Below are positions 17,904 through 27,625 of a stretch of DNA of 64,000 nucleotides, piece by piece (positions within the stretch are counted from its first letter, which is position 1; every line of letters starts with the position of its first letter). Position numbers and translations under genes: made by a program. The stretch comes from Bacteroidota bacterium (GTDB lineage Bacteria > Bacteroidota > Bacteroidia > Cytophagales > Spirosomataceae). Location: the NCBI GenBank assembly GCA_041191865.1, contig JBEEOB010000010.1:2306-66305 (forward strand), given 5' to 3'. A model generated the notes under the pieces. That model worked only from the letters and a program-made list of their open reading frames with translations. It did not search any database and was not told where the DNA came from.

Positions 17904-19288
17904 CGAATAGGCATCACGGGAATAATATCGGCTATAATTAATTTTCCGCTTGTTGCAGCACGTATTTGATCTATAGTTACATCGGGCGCTCGTTCGACCA
18001 AGCGAAACCCACCTGTAGGCAAAATATCGTAAACCCCCAATTCCGTAATTACGCGCGTCACACAACGAACTCCCGTTAAAGGCAAATCGCAGGTACTAAC
18101 TAATTTAGATTTGCCGGAGGAAGTTGTTTGCAACATGGCGACAATTACTTTATCGGCGGATGCAACTAAATCCATCGCACCACCCATGCCTTTCACCATT
18201 TTACCTGGTACTTTCCAGTTGGCCAAATCCCCTCGTTCTGAAACCTGCATACCACCCAGTATCGTCACATCGATGTGCTTTCCCCGAATCATGGCAAAAC
18301 TTTGATCTGAACCAAAAACCGAACCGCCCGGAGCAACCGTGATGGTTTGCTTGCTTGCATTGATGTAATCAGCATCCTCATGCCCCTCTTTAGGAAAAGG
18401 ACCAATGCCCAATAAACCATTTTCAGATTGCAAGACTACTTTCATCCCTTTGGGTATATGATTCGCAACGCGCGTTGGGATTCCGATGCCCAAATTCACA
18501 TAATCGCCATCCTTGATTTCAAGCGCTAATCGCTTTCCGATGATTTCTTTCTTAAGATCCTCCGAACTTAACTCCTTGATTTCCTCCGCATCCAGCAGAT
18601 GCGTCAAATGTTCAATGGGCTTTTCGTAATCCTTACCTTGAAAAATCCGGTGAACATAGATTCCGGGCGTATGAATCTGGTTGGGGTCCAAAGTCCCCGC
18701 AGGCACTAATTCTTCCACTTCGGCGATGGTGATCTTACCCGCCATGGCCACGATGGGATTGAAATTTTGCGAAGTACCTTTATAGATTAAATTACCCTCT
18801 GTATCCCCTTTCCAAGCTTTTACAAAGGCAAAATCCGCTGTGATAGCCGATTCTAACAAATACTTTTTCCCAGCAAATTCACGCGTTTCTTTTCCTTCAG
18901 CCACTTCGGTTCCGACTCCTGCGGGCGTATAAAAAGCAGGTATACCAGCGCCTCCGCAACGTATGCGCTCAGCCAAGGTACCTTGCGGAACCAATTCAAC
19001 GGCCAAATGACCGCTGATGATTAATTCCTCAAAGAGGTGATTCTCCCCAATATAGGAGCAAATCATTTTCGAAATTTGTTTTTGACCGAGTAATCGGCCA
19101 ATGCCAAAATTGGCAAGACCTGCCTCATTCGAAATACAAGTAATTCCAGAAGTTCCTTGGTCAACGAGGGCATTGATTAAGTTTTCAGGCACACCTGTTA
19201 ATCCGAAACCACCCATGAGGATGCTCGAACCCGCATGTAAATCGCGGATCGCGTCTTTGGCGGTATTGAAAACTTTATTCATGCTCAA
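17900..19288 (-). CDS. 3-oxoacid CoA-transferase, fused A+B subunits
   Basis: A-half GGFGLTGVPENLI, PQGTLAERIR; B-half NLGIGIPT, catalytic SENG, GMGGAMDL. Confidence 0.9.
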   Translation of the reverse strand: MSMNKVFNTAKDAIRDLHAGSSILMGGFGLTGVPENLINALVDQGTSGITCISNEAGLANFGIGRLLGQKQISKMICSYIGENHLFEELIISGHLAVELVPQGTLAERIRCGGAGIPAFYTPAGVGTEVAEGKETREFAGKKYLLESAITADFAFVKAWKGDTEGNLIYKGTSQNFNPIVAMAGKITIAEVEELVPAGTLDPNQIHTPGIYVHRIFQGKDYEKPIEHLTHLLDAEEIKELSSEDLKKEIIGKRLALEIKDGDYVNLGIGIPTRVANHIPKGMKVVLQSENGLLGIGPFPKEGHEDADYINASKQTITVAPGGSVFGSDQSFAMIRGKHIDVTILGGMQVSERGDLANWKVPGKMVKGMGGAMDLVASADKVIVAMLQTTSSGKSKLVSTCDLPLTGVRCVTRVITELGVYDILPTGGFRLVERAPDVTIDQIRAATSGKLIIADIIPVMPIR

Positions 19289-19981
19289 TTATTGATAATC
19301 CGTGATCAATTCAACATTCGGGTGCAACCAAAGAAATGAAGCCGGACAATCCGTACTAATTTGTTGGGTCATAATTTGTTTTAAAGCCGCTTCCTTCCCT
19401 TTCCCCGTCACCAGGAAAATGATTTTTTTTGATTGCAAAATCCCTTGCATTCCTACGCACCAACCGAAAGCAGGCACAATACCTTGGGATAAGGCAGGGT
19501 CATGTTGAATCGTTGATTCAGCCAAAATCGCTTGATGAAATCCAGGTTGTAAATAAGCCGCTGGTTCATTGAATGCGATGTGGCCGTTTTTACCCAAACC
19601 GAGGATACAAATGTCCATGGGACTATTTGCCTGAATGTAGGATTCGATGCGTTGGATTTCAGCCGCAGCAGCATCCGAATTCGGGTCAAATGTTACATAA
19701 CGGTCCTTGGGTATTTCCAAGGGACCCAATAAATGTTTTTGCAGATAGGATTCACAGGAATCCGGATGTGAAGAAGGAATAATCCCCCATTCATCCATTT
19801 TGATGACACGCATTTGACTAAAAACATCTTTCTCTTTTTGCATTTCTGCATACATCCCTGTGGGAGATCCTCCCGTGGCTGCACAAAATAGCAAATTGGG
19901 TTTCGCTTTTACTTCTTCAATAATATGTTTCGCTGCTAATGCACTCAATTCTTGATAGTTGGCGACTCTTGTTATTCTCAT
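19289..19981 (-). CDS. Galactosamine-6-phosphate isomerase / NagB-family sugar-phosphate isomerase
   Basis: ATGGSP, MDEW, LGLGKNGHIAFNEP, PASFLWLHP; resembles the AgaI subfamily. Confidence 0.8.
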   Translation of the reverse strand: MRITRVANYQELSALAAKHIIEEVKAKPNLLFCAATGGSPTGMYAEMQKEKDVFSQMRVIKMDEWGIIPSSHPDSCESYLQKHLLGPLEIPKDRYVTFDPNSDAAAAEIQRIESYIQANSPMDICILGLGKNGHIAFNEPAAYLQPGFHQAILAESTIQHDPALSQGIVPAFGWCVGMQGILQSKKIIFLVTGKGKEAALKQIMTQQISTDCPASFLWLHPNVELITDYQ

Positions 19982-20129
19982 AATCACATCTTTTCTTTAA
20001 AATAACGCAATGCATCTGCATAAAGCAATAGATTATCAGTTTTCTAATATTTATTCCCGTTTGAATTTCCTACTTTGCATGATAATCTAGTTCTAATTCA
20101 ATATGTTTGCACACCTAATCGCCAAGGCG

Positions 20130-20828
20130 ATGAAGGGAATCTTAGCTATATGGCTATTTTTTCTTCTCATTTCCTATACCGCTACAGCCCAACAATGGAG
20201 CTTTCAAGCTGGGACTAATCTTACTGCTTTTGATTTTAAAAACAATTCGGGCAATACCATTACGGGCATTAAAAAAGGCTCAGGAAACATTTATTCCGTC
20301 CAATACCAGCGAAAATTAGTCGATACGACAGCTTTGTTGTTGAAATCAAGCCCGAAGGTAATTTTCTTCAATCAACACCCGACATTAGCCAAGCTCCTGG
20401 GTAAAATTCAATGGGGAGTAGAGTTGAATATCAATCAATACAATGCGGTAGGAGATGCTGTCAATGTATCCTATAGTTACCAAACAGATTACATCGGAAT
20501 AAGTCCATCCCTTCAATACACGCAACAAGTCTACAAAGGCTTACGTATTCAAGCTTCCGGACTTTTACAATTCGCACAATTGCTTCATGGAAATCAATGG
20601 GTCAACAATCGATTCATGGATTTGAAAGATGACGTACAATTTAATGGAATCTTAGGCTTGGGGGGGTATCAGATTGGGGTCCAACAAACGATCGCGGAAA
20701 ATATTCGCATATCCATTGCCTATCGGCAGGCTTCTAGTCTATCTCCAAAACAATCACAAGGTACGAGCTTAGCAATCAGTCCCACGAGTATACTCTTTGG
20801 AATCACCATACAACCACTAACAAAATAA
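20130..20828 (+). CDS. Predicted small outer-membrane beta-barrel protein
   Basis: Signal peptide from ATG 20130; alternating aromatic/polar strands (WSFQAGTN, WGVELNINQY, YQIGVQQ, ISIAYR, LFGITI). Confidence 0.6.
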   Translation: MKGILAIWLFFLLISYTATAQQWSFQAGTNLTAFDFKNNSGNTITGIKKGSGNIYSVQYQRKLVDTTALLLKSSPKVIFFNQHPTLAKLLGKIQWGVELNINQYNAVGDAVNVSYSYQTDYIGISPSLQYTQQVYKGLRIQASGLLQFAQLLHGNQWVNNRFMDLKDDVQFNGILGLGGYQIGVQQTIAENIRISIAYRQASSLSPKQSQGTSLAISPTSILFGITIQPLTK

Positions 20829-20833
20829 ATCCG

Positions 20834-23800
20834 ATGAAAAGATATCTATTAACACTCCTGTTCATCCCGCTTGCATTCCTCAGTTTTGCGCAAACCAAAG
20901 GAATCCAATACCAGGCTGTTATTCAAGATCCCAGTCCGTATCAAATTCCAGGAACTTTTATCCAAGGGCAAGCACTTCAAAACAAGCCTGTTACCATTCG
21001 ATTTACCTTAAAAACGAATAATTCAATTGATTTTGAGGAATTACATACGACCCAGACGGATGAGTTTGGCTTAATCACTTTAACGATTGGGAAGGGCATA
21101 AAATCTTCTGGCGCAAATTTTGACCAGTTGGTATGGAGCGGCCAAAATAAGGTTCTCGTTGTTGCTGTCAAAATCGATGGACAAGCCAATTTTCTGGAGG
21201 TAAGTAATCAGACCCTTTTATACAGTCCATATGCACTCTATGCAGATGCAGTGGAATATAAAAACGTCAATAATGCCCCGAAAGCTGTTTCGCACTTCAC
21301 GAATGATGCGGGCTATTTAATCGCGAATGATTTGAAGCCTTTAGAGAAAAGGATTACAGATAACCAAACAGAGAATTTAAATACATTTTCCTTAATCAAG
21401 AATCAACAAATAGCGCTCGAAACCAAAGTTGACGAACAAGGCAAACGATTAAATGAAACGATTCTGATAACGCAAAATCTGAGCGCACGCATCGACCAAC
21501 AAAACAATCAAATCAATCAGAATCAAACGACACTTGTTAATCAAATCAATAGTTTGGGTGGTTCGTTCGAATCCCTGGGAAATAAGTCGGCCGCAACGGA
21601 TTTGGGCAATACGAATCCGAGTAATCAATTATACCCAAGTCAGCGGGCAGTAAAAACCTATGTAGACCAAGTTATTTCGACCGTAACCGTCTCAGGAACA
21701 CCTGATGCAACAACATTAGCGGCAGGGAAAATTCAATTAGCTGGTGATTTAGCAGGAACGGCAAGTAACCCAACAGTGCCAGGTTTAGCCTTAAAGGAAA
21801 ATACCAGTAATAAAACCTTGAGTATCTCTACTGATGGAACATCAGACATCAAATTCCCAAGCGCACGTGCCGTGAAAACCTATGTAGATCAAGCGACGCA
21901 AGGGATTGCATTAGTTGCAGATTTAAACGCAAAAGCAGATAAAATATCTCCCATATTTTCGGGAACTCCTTCGCTACCAACGGGGACTATTGGGGTAAGA
22001 CAAATAGTTGGCACGAATACAGATCAATTAGCAACGACATCGTTCGTCCAACAGGAACTGTCGTCAAAAGAAAATGTAGCCAATAAATCCACATCTACCT
22101 CATTAGGTACGAGTGATACCATGTATCCCACGCAAAATGCCGTAAAACAGTATGTAGACACTCGCGTTGGTGGAGTGGTCATTCAAGATGCCAGTTTGAC
22201 CGACAAGGGTATTGTTCGTTTGGGAGGTGATTTAGCCGCAGGAACGAGTACGGCTGAAAACCCGATTATTCGGGATAATGCGATCAATACGAGCAAGGTA
22301 GCAGATGCAGCAATTACAGATGTAAAAATTGCAGGAGTTGCAGGAAGCAAGGTCAATGGAAATATAAGCGGAGAAGCTTCGAATGTATCAGGTACGGTCT
22401 TACCCACGCATGGCGGTACGGGCGTAGCGGGAACGTTGACCGGCTATGTAAAAGGATTTGGTACTGCTGCCATGCAAGCAGTCAGTACGATTCCGGTAGC
22501 AGACATCAATGGAGCAGAAGCCATTACAAATAAAAGTAGTGATATTGCAGCAGATGCGCCATCAGGCACCAAGTACCCCAGTGTATCCGCCGTAAAGAAT
22601 TATGTAGATAACCAAATTGCGCAAGGGACCATACCCGATGCCACAGCAAGTGTTTTTGGAAAAATAAAATTAGGGGGGGATTTGGCAGGAACAGGCTCCT
22701 CAGCAAGTGCACCTATCATCACAGACAATAGCATTAGTAGCAATAAGATAGCTGACCTAGCTGTAACAAATGCCAAGATTGTTGGAATAGATGGTTCGAA
22801 GGTAAGCGGAAATATTCCCGGAAATGCAGTGAACGTAACGGGAATCATTACTTCAACGCATGGAGGAACAGGTGTAAATGGAACCCTGACAGGATATATT
22901 AAAGGCAACGGAAGTGCGGCGATGACGAGTAATCCAACGATTCCTGTGGCAGATGTTGTGGGTGCAGAATTGAGTAACAATAAATCTATTGCTACCGACT
23001 TAGGTAATACCACTCCAAGCGATCAATTATATCCAAGTCAAAAAGCAGTCAAAAGTTATGTCGACGCCTCAGCAGCAGGCAATGTTGGAACAGCCACACA
23101 GTCCGCATTAAACCTGAAAGAAAACACAGCCAATAAATCAGATGGAAGCATCGATGCGAATAGCTCGATTGAATTCCCTACACAACATGCCGTAAAAATT
23201 TATGTCGAGAATAAATTAGCGAATCAAACCATTTCCCTAGCGAATTTTCAGACGATAAATCCCAATAAATTAATTGGAAATTTTGGGGTAAGTGCGGCAA
23301 CTCCATCGGAGATTTCAACTTCAGGAACAGGAAATGTTGTAAGAACGACAGGCGCAACCCTGAGCAATGTTTTATTAAATGGAACGATCGGCGGCAATGC
23401 CATTCTAGCAACAAGCAATGGTGGATTAGGAACCGCTAGCTTAACAACGGGCTATGTGAAAGCAGGAAATCCATTTTCTACAGTATCTTCCATTCCCGTA
23501 AGCGATATTACAGGAGCTGTTCAGAAAGTAAATGGCTATTTGCCTGATGCAAATGGCAACATCGCACTTCGATTTGGAACAACATACACGGGAATCTACA
23601 ATGGGGGTAATTTTTCACCCGTAGTCAGTTCCCCCATAAATAGTGATGTATACATTGTCTCAACAGATCCAACTGCAACCAACAATGGGCGAGCGTTCAT
23701 TTACGATGGAAGTATTTGGAATGAAATCACAACGAGTCAAGCAGCCCTGGATGCCAGGTATGTGAAATTGACAGGCTCAACCATGGGAGGAAATTTAGTC

Positions 23801-26800
23801 TTCCCGACCGGCACAAAAATCCAACTAACTGACGCGCCTACAGCATCTTCCGATGTAGCCAACAAGGGCTATGTAGATATTCTGGTAGGAAACGCAACTC
23901 CGGAAGCGACAAACCTTGTATTAGGTAAAATCCAATTAGCAGGGGATTTGGCAGGTCCTAGTTCAACAGCTAGCAATCCTGTCATTTCGAATGCCGCGAT
24001 CAATAATGCAAAATTAGCTTCAGGATCCGTTACTGATGACAAAATAACGGGAACCATCTCAGGAGCAAAAGGGGGAACTGGAGTAAATAACACGGGCAAG
24101 ACCATTACTTTAGGGGGCAATTTGACAACGAGCGGAGCAAATGCATTGACATTAAATACCATTACTCAAACGAATCTAACACTTCCAAGTACGGGTACAT
24201 TAGCGACCCTAAATGGAAGTGAAGCATTAACGAATAAGAGCATTAATGGTCTACAATTAACAAGCAGCTTGACAGGGTTTACCATTGCAGGCGGAACGAC
24301 CTCGAAGACCTTAACCGTGGCTGCGGATGCGAATATATCGGGAACAAATACGGGAGATCAAACCATCACACTCAGTGGAGATGTAAGCGGATCAGGAACA
24401 GGAGCGATAAGCACGACTTTAGCCAATACCACCGTTACGGCAGGTGTATATGGAAGTAATGCCTTAATACCACAAATTACAGTGGATGCTAAAGGTCGTA
24501 TTTCCAATGTATCTGAAATCCCTTTGTCGAATACAACTCTGGCTGGTACGATTTTAAATGATGGAAAAGTGCTGATCGGAAATGCGAGTAATGCGGCTGT
24601 GGAACGAAATCTGTCAGGAGATATCACCATGAATAATACGGGTGTTACGACCATAGGCGCATCCAAAGTAACCAATGCCATGTTGGCCGGTAGCATCGAT
24701 TTAAGTACAAAAGTCACAAACAGTCTTCCTATCGCCAACGGTGGAACAGGAGTAACCAACTTAACCAATAATGCTTTACTTGTGGGAGGTACCACACTCG
24801 GTTTTATCAACCCAGGAGCTGCTGGATATATTCTAAGCTCCAACGGAAGTACTTGGTCAGCAAATGCAATTAGTACTTTGGGGGTTGCTACGACGGTGGG
24901 AAGCCTGAATTCGAGTGGTAACACCAATGGTATGACACTCTTAGGCGGAGAATTAAAACTAAGTCCAGCGGACGCAAGTAATCCCGGCGTTGTGACGGCA
25001 GGAACACAAACAATTGCTGGAGCCAAAACCTTTGCTCAAGACCTTAAAATCAATCACTTGATGATAGGTAATGGTGGTGGTGGACTTGAAGCCAATACTT
25101 TAGTCGGGAAAAGCGCATTTACTAGCAATACAACTGGATCAAATAATACGGCGATTGGTTATCAAAGTTTAACAGCCAATACCAGCGGAACAAATAATAC
25201 GGGAATTGGAGCCGGTGCCCTCAGCTTAAATATTTCAGGCATTGGGAATACAGCGATTGGCCAAGGTGCTGGCGTAGGAAGTGGAAATTTAAGCAATACG
25301 ATTGCTATCGGCTCGGGGGCTATTGTTAATGCTGATAACAGCATTCAATTAGGCAATGCGAATATTACGCGGGTCAATACGGCTGGATCAATACAGGCTG
25401 GAAGCATTCAGAATACCCCCATTGGCTCGACCACCCCATCGACTGGCGCATTTACCGGATTAAAAACGACGGGAACAACGATGAGTCAGGTCGTGCTGAC
25501 GGATGCGAATAATTTATTGGTCTCAGCAGCAAGCCTACCAGTCAATTTGGGCGGCACCGGAGTATCTACGATTAGCTCCAATGGTGTAATGATCGGAAAC
25601 GGTACAGGAGCAATCAATACCATAGTACCCAGTGCTAGTGGACAGGTATTGACTTGGAATGGTACCGCATGGACAGCGGCGATACCTACTGCTGTTACGG
25701 TTGGAAGTGTAGGAAGTAGTTCAGCGAATGGCTTAACAATCACAAACAGCGTGTTAAGTTTAAGTCCCGCAGATGCCACGAATCCGGGAATCATTACGAC
25801 AAGTTCCCAAACATTTGCTGGGGCTAAAACCTTTGCAAGCATTGCCAGTGCTGGAAATATGAGTGTTGCGGGTAACTTATCTAATGCTAGCCTTACCGCA
25901 TCGAAAGTAATTTTCACGGATGCTTCGAAAAATCTAAGTTCTACAGGGACGGTTGGGGTTGATCAAGGAGGAACGGGCGCAAGCACATTCACAAGTGGAG
26001 GAATTATCGTCGGCAATGGAACATCTGCCCTCTCGACCATCAACCCAGGAACAAACGGACAAATATTGGTTTCACGTTTGGGTGCTTGGAGTGTGGAAAA
26101 CGCATCCCCGACGGTTACACTCGGCACGGTAAATGCAAGTTCAACAGCCAAAGGGTTAACAATTACCGCCGGTGGGGAAATTAGCTTAAGTCCGGCGGAT
26201 GCAACAAATCCAGGTATTATCACGGCAGGAGCACAAAGTTTTGCTGGCACTAAATCGTTTTCAAGTATTATCAGTTCCGGAGATGCTAGCATAAGTGGAA
26301 ACTTGAGCGTGACTGGAAACTTGAGCAACACGGCATTAACAGCTTCTAAGGTTGTTTTTTCGGACGCCTCGAAAAACCTGAGCTCATCGGGTACGGTGAG
26401 CGTTAGTCAAGGGGGGACAGGTTTAGCCACCATCGCAGCCAATGGTGTGGTGATTGGAAACGGCACAGGAAATATTTCAACGATTGTACCGAATACCAAC
26501 GGGCAAGTACTGACATACAATGGGACAACTTGGGTAGCTGCGGTACCTACAGCCATCACAGCAGGATCTATCGGAAGTAGTACCGCCAATGGATTAACGG
26601 TAAGTAACAACGTCGTAAGTCTAAGTCCGGCGGATGCGACAAATCCCGGTATCGTCACCACAGGAGCACAAAGCTTTGCGGGTGCCAAAACCTTTGCGAG
26701 TATTACCAGCTCAGGAAACCTAAGTGTTACGGGAAATTTATCAAATACAAGCCTTACTGCATCGAAAGTTGTTTTCTCGGATGCATCAAAAATCCTTAGT

Positions 26801-27625
26801 TCCACGGGTACGGTTGGAGTGGATCAAGGGGGAACAGGTCTAGCGAGTATTCCAGCTAATGGTGTTGTCATAGGAAATGGCGCAAATTCAATTTCAACCA
26901 TTGTTCCCAATACGAGTGGACAAGTGTTAACTTGGAATGGAACAGCCTGGACAGCGACAGTGCCGTCAGCCATTTCAGTGGGGACTGTGGGTACAAGTAC
27001 AAGCAATGGTATGACGATTAGCAATAATGTCCTAAGTCTTAGCCCTGCAGATGCTACCAATCCGGGTATTGTGACTTCAGGAGCGCAGACATTCGCAGGG
27101 GCCAAAACCTTTGCAAGTGTGACAAGTACGGGAAACAGCAGTGTTGGAGGTACCTTATCCGTTACGGGAAACTTAACGAATGCTACCTTATCAGCTTCCA
27201 AAGTTGTTTTCTCAGATGCCTCAAAAATTCTAAGCTCTACGGGTACGGTCGGCGTGGATCAAGGAGGTACAGGCCAAACAACATTGACAAGTGGGGCACT
27301 GATCATTGGTAATGGAACAGGCGGTGTAACAACCTTAAGCCCGAGTACGGCGGGATATGTGTTAAAAGTAGTAGGTTCTGCATGGACCGTTTCGGCGCCA
27401 GATACGGATGAAAGCGACCAATTTTTTGCAACAGTGGGACAGACGAGCTTTACGTTAACCCAAACGCCTGTGGCAAATAGTAAGGTACAAATGTTTATCA
27501 ATGGTGTACGTATTGATAAAACAGCATATACGGTCAGTACAAGAACAATTACATACATTCCTGCGAACAATAGTGGATTTACCTTAATCGCAGGTGATCG
27601 AATCCAATTTGATTATGAATACTAG
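20834..27625 (+). CDS. Giant secreted fibre/adhesin (2263 aa) with phage tail-fibre-like and YadA-like repeats
   Basis: Signal peptide; GIQYQAVI...PYALYA N-domain; coiled coil; YPSQxAVKxYVD x6; DAT-x-GKIQLAGDL x4; NTAIG repeats; LSPADA repeats x5. Confidence 0.8.
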   Translation: MKRYLLTLLFIPLAFLSFAQTKGIQYQAVIQDPSPYQIPGTFIQGQALQNKPVTIRFTLKTNNSIDFEELHTTQTDEFGLITLTIGKGIKSSGANFDQLVWSGQNKVLVVAVKIDGQANFLEVSNQTLLYSPYALYADAVEYKNVNNAPKAVSHFTNDAGYLIANDLKPLEKRITDNQTENLNTFSLIKNQQIALETKVDEQGKRLNETILITQNLSARIDQQNNQINQNQTTLVNQINSLGGSFESLGNKSAATDLGNTNPSNQLYPSQRAVKTYVDQVISTVTVSGTPDATTLAAGKIQLAGDLAGTASNPTVPGLALKENTSNKTLSISTDGTSDIKFPSARAVKTYVDQATQGIALVADLNAKADKISPIFSGTPSLPTGTIGVRQIVGTNTDQLATTSFVQQELSSKENVANKSTSTSLGTSDTMYPTQNAVKQYVDTRVGGVVIQDASLTDKGIVRLGGDLAAGTSTAENPIIRDNAINTSKVADAAITDVKIAGVAGSKVNGNISGEASNVSGTVLPTHGGTGVAGTLTGYVKGFGTAAMQAVSTIPVADINGAEAITNKSSDIAADAPSGTKYPSVSAVKNYVDNQIAQGTIPDATASVFGKIKLGGDLAGTGSSASAPIITDNSISSNKIADLAVTNAKIVGIDGSKVSGNIPGNAVNVTGIITSTHGGTGVNGTLTGYIKGNGSAAMTSNPTIPVADVVGAELSNNKSIATDLGNTTPSDQLYPSQKAVKSYVDASAAGNVGTATQSALNLKENTANKSDGSIDANSSIEFPTQHAVKIYVENKLANQTISLANFQTINPNKLIGNFGVSAATPSEISTSGTGNVVRTTGATLSNVLLNGTIGGNAILATSNGGLGTASLTTGYVKAGNPFSTVSSIPVSDITGAVQKVNGYLPDANGNIALRFGTTYTGIYNGGNFSPVVSSPINSDVYIVSTDPTATNNGRAFIYDGSIWNEITTSQAALDARYVKLTGSTMGGNLVFPTGTKIQLTDAPTASSDVANKGYVDILVGNATPEATNLVLGKIQLAGDLAGPSSTASNPVISNAAINNAKLASGSVTDDKITGTISGAKGGTGVNNTGKTITLGGNLTTSGANALTLNTITQTNLTLPSTGTLATLNGSEALTNKSINGLQLTSSLTGFTIAGGTTSKTLTVAADANISGTNTGDQTITLSGDVSGSGTGAISTTLANTTVTAGVYGSNALIPQITVDAKGRISNVSEIPLSNTTLAGTILNDGKVLIGNASNAAVERNLSGDITMNNTGVTTIGASKVTNAMLAGSIDLSTKVTNSLPIANGGTGVTNLTNNALLVGGTTLGFINPGAAGYILSSNGSTWSANAISTLGVATTVGSLNSSGNTNGMTLLGGELKLSPADASNPGVVTAGTQTIAGAKTFAQDLKINHLMIGNGGGGLEANTLVGKSAFTSNTTGSNNTAIGYQSLTANTSGTNNTGIGAGALSLNISGIGNTAIGQGAGVGSGNLSNTIAIGSGAIVNADNSIQLGNANITRVNTAGSIQAGSIQNTPIGSTTPSTGAFTGLKTTGTTMSQVVLTDANNLLVSAASLPVNLGGTGVSTISSNGVMIGNGTGAINTIVPSASGQVLTWNGTAWTAAIPTAVTVGSVGSSSANGLTITNSVLSLSPADATNPGIITTSSQTFAGAKTFASIASAGNMSVAGNLSNASLTASKVIFTDASKNLSSTGTVGVDQGGTGASTFTSGGIIVGNGTSALSTINPGTNGQILVSRLGAWSVENASPTVTLGTVNASSTAKGLTITAGGEISLSPADATNPGIITAGAQSFAGTKSFSSIISSGDASISGNLSVTGNLSNTALTASKVVFSDASKNLSSSGTVSVSQGGTGLATIAANGVVIGNGTGNISTIVPNTNGQVLTYNGTTWVAAVPTAITAGSIGSSTANGLTVSNNVVSLSPADATNPGIVTTGAQSFAGAKTFASITSSGNLSVTGNLSNTSLTASKVVFSDASKILSSTGTVGVDQGGTGLASIPANGVVIGNGANSISTIVPNTSGQVLTWNGTAWTATVPSAISVGTVGTSTSNGMTISNNVLSLSPADATNPGIVTSGAQTFAGAKTFASVTSTGNSSVGGTLSVTGNLTNATLSASKVVFSDASKILSSTGTVGVDQGGTGQTTLTSGALIIGNGTGGVTTLSPSTAGYVLKVVGSAWTVSAPDTDESDQFFATVGQTSFTLTQTPVANSKVQMFINGVRIDKTAYTVSTRTITYIPANNSGFTLIAGDRIQFDYEY

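Noticed and set aside
22183-27570. Series of antisense ORFs (60-222 aa) inside the giant gene
   Set aside because: Mirror-frame artefacts of Gly/Thr/Ser/Asn-rich repetitive coding; they repeat with the sense-strand period
20834-27625. Prophage or tailocin suggested by tail-fibre motifs
   Set aside because: No capsid, tail tube/sheath, terminase, integrase or lysis genes in the window, and the protein has a Sec signal peptide
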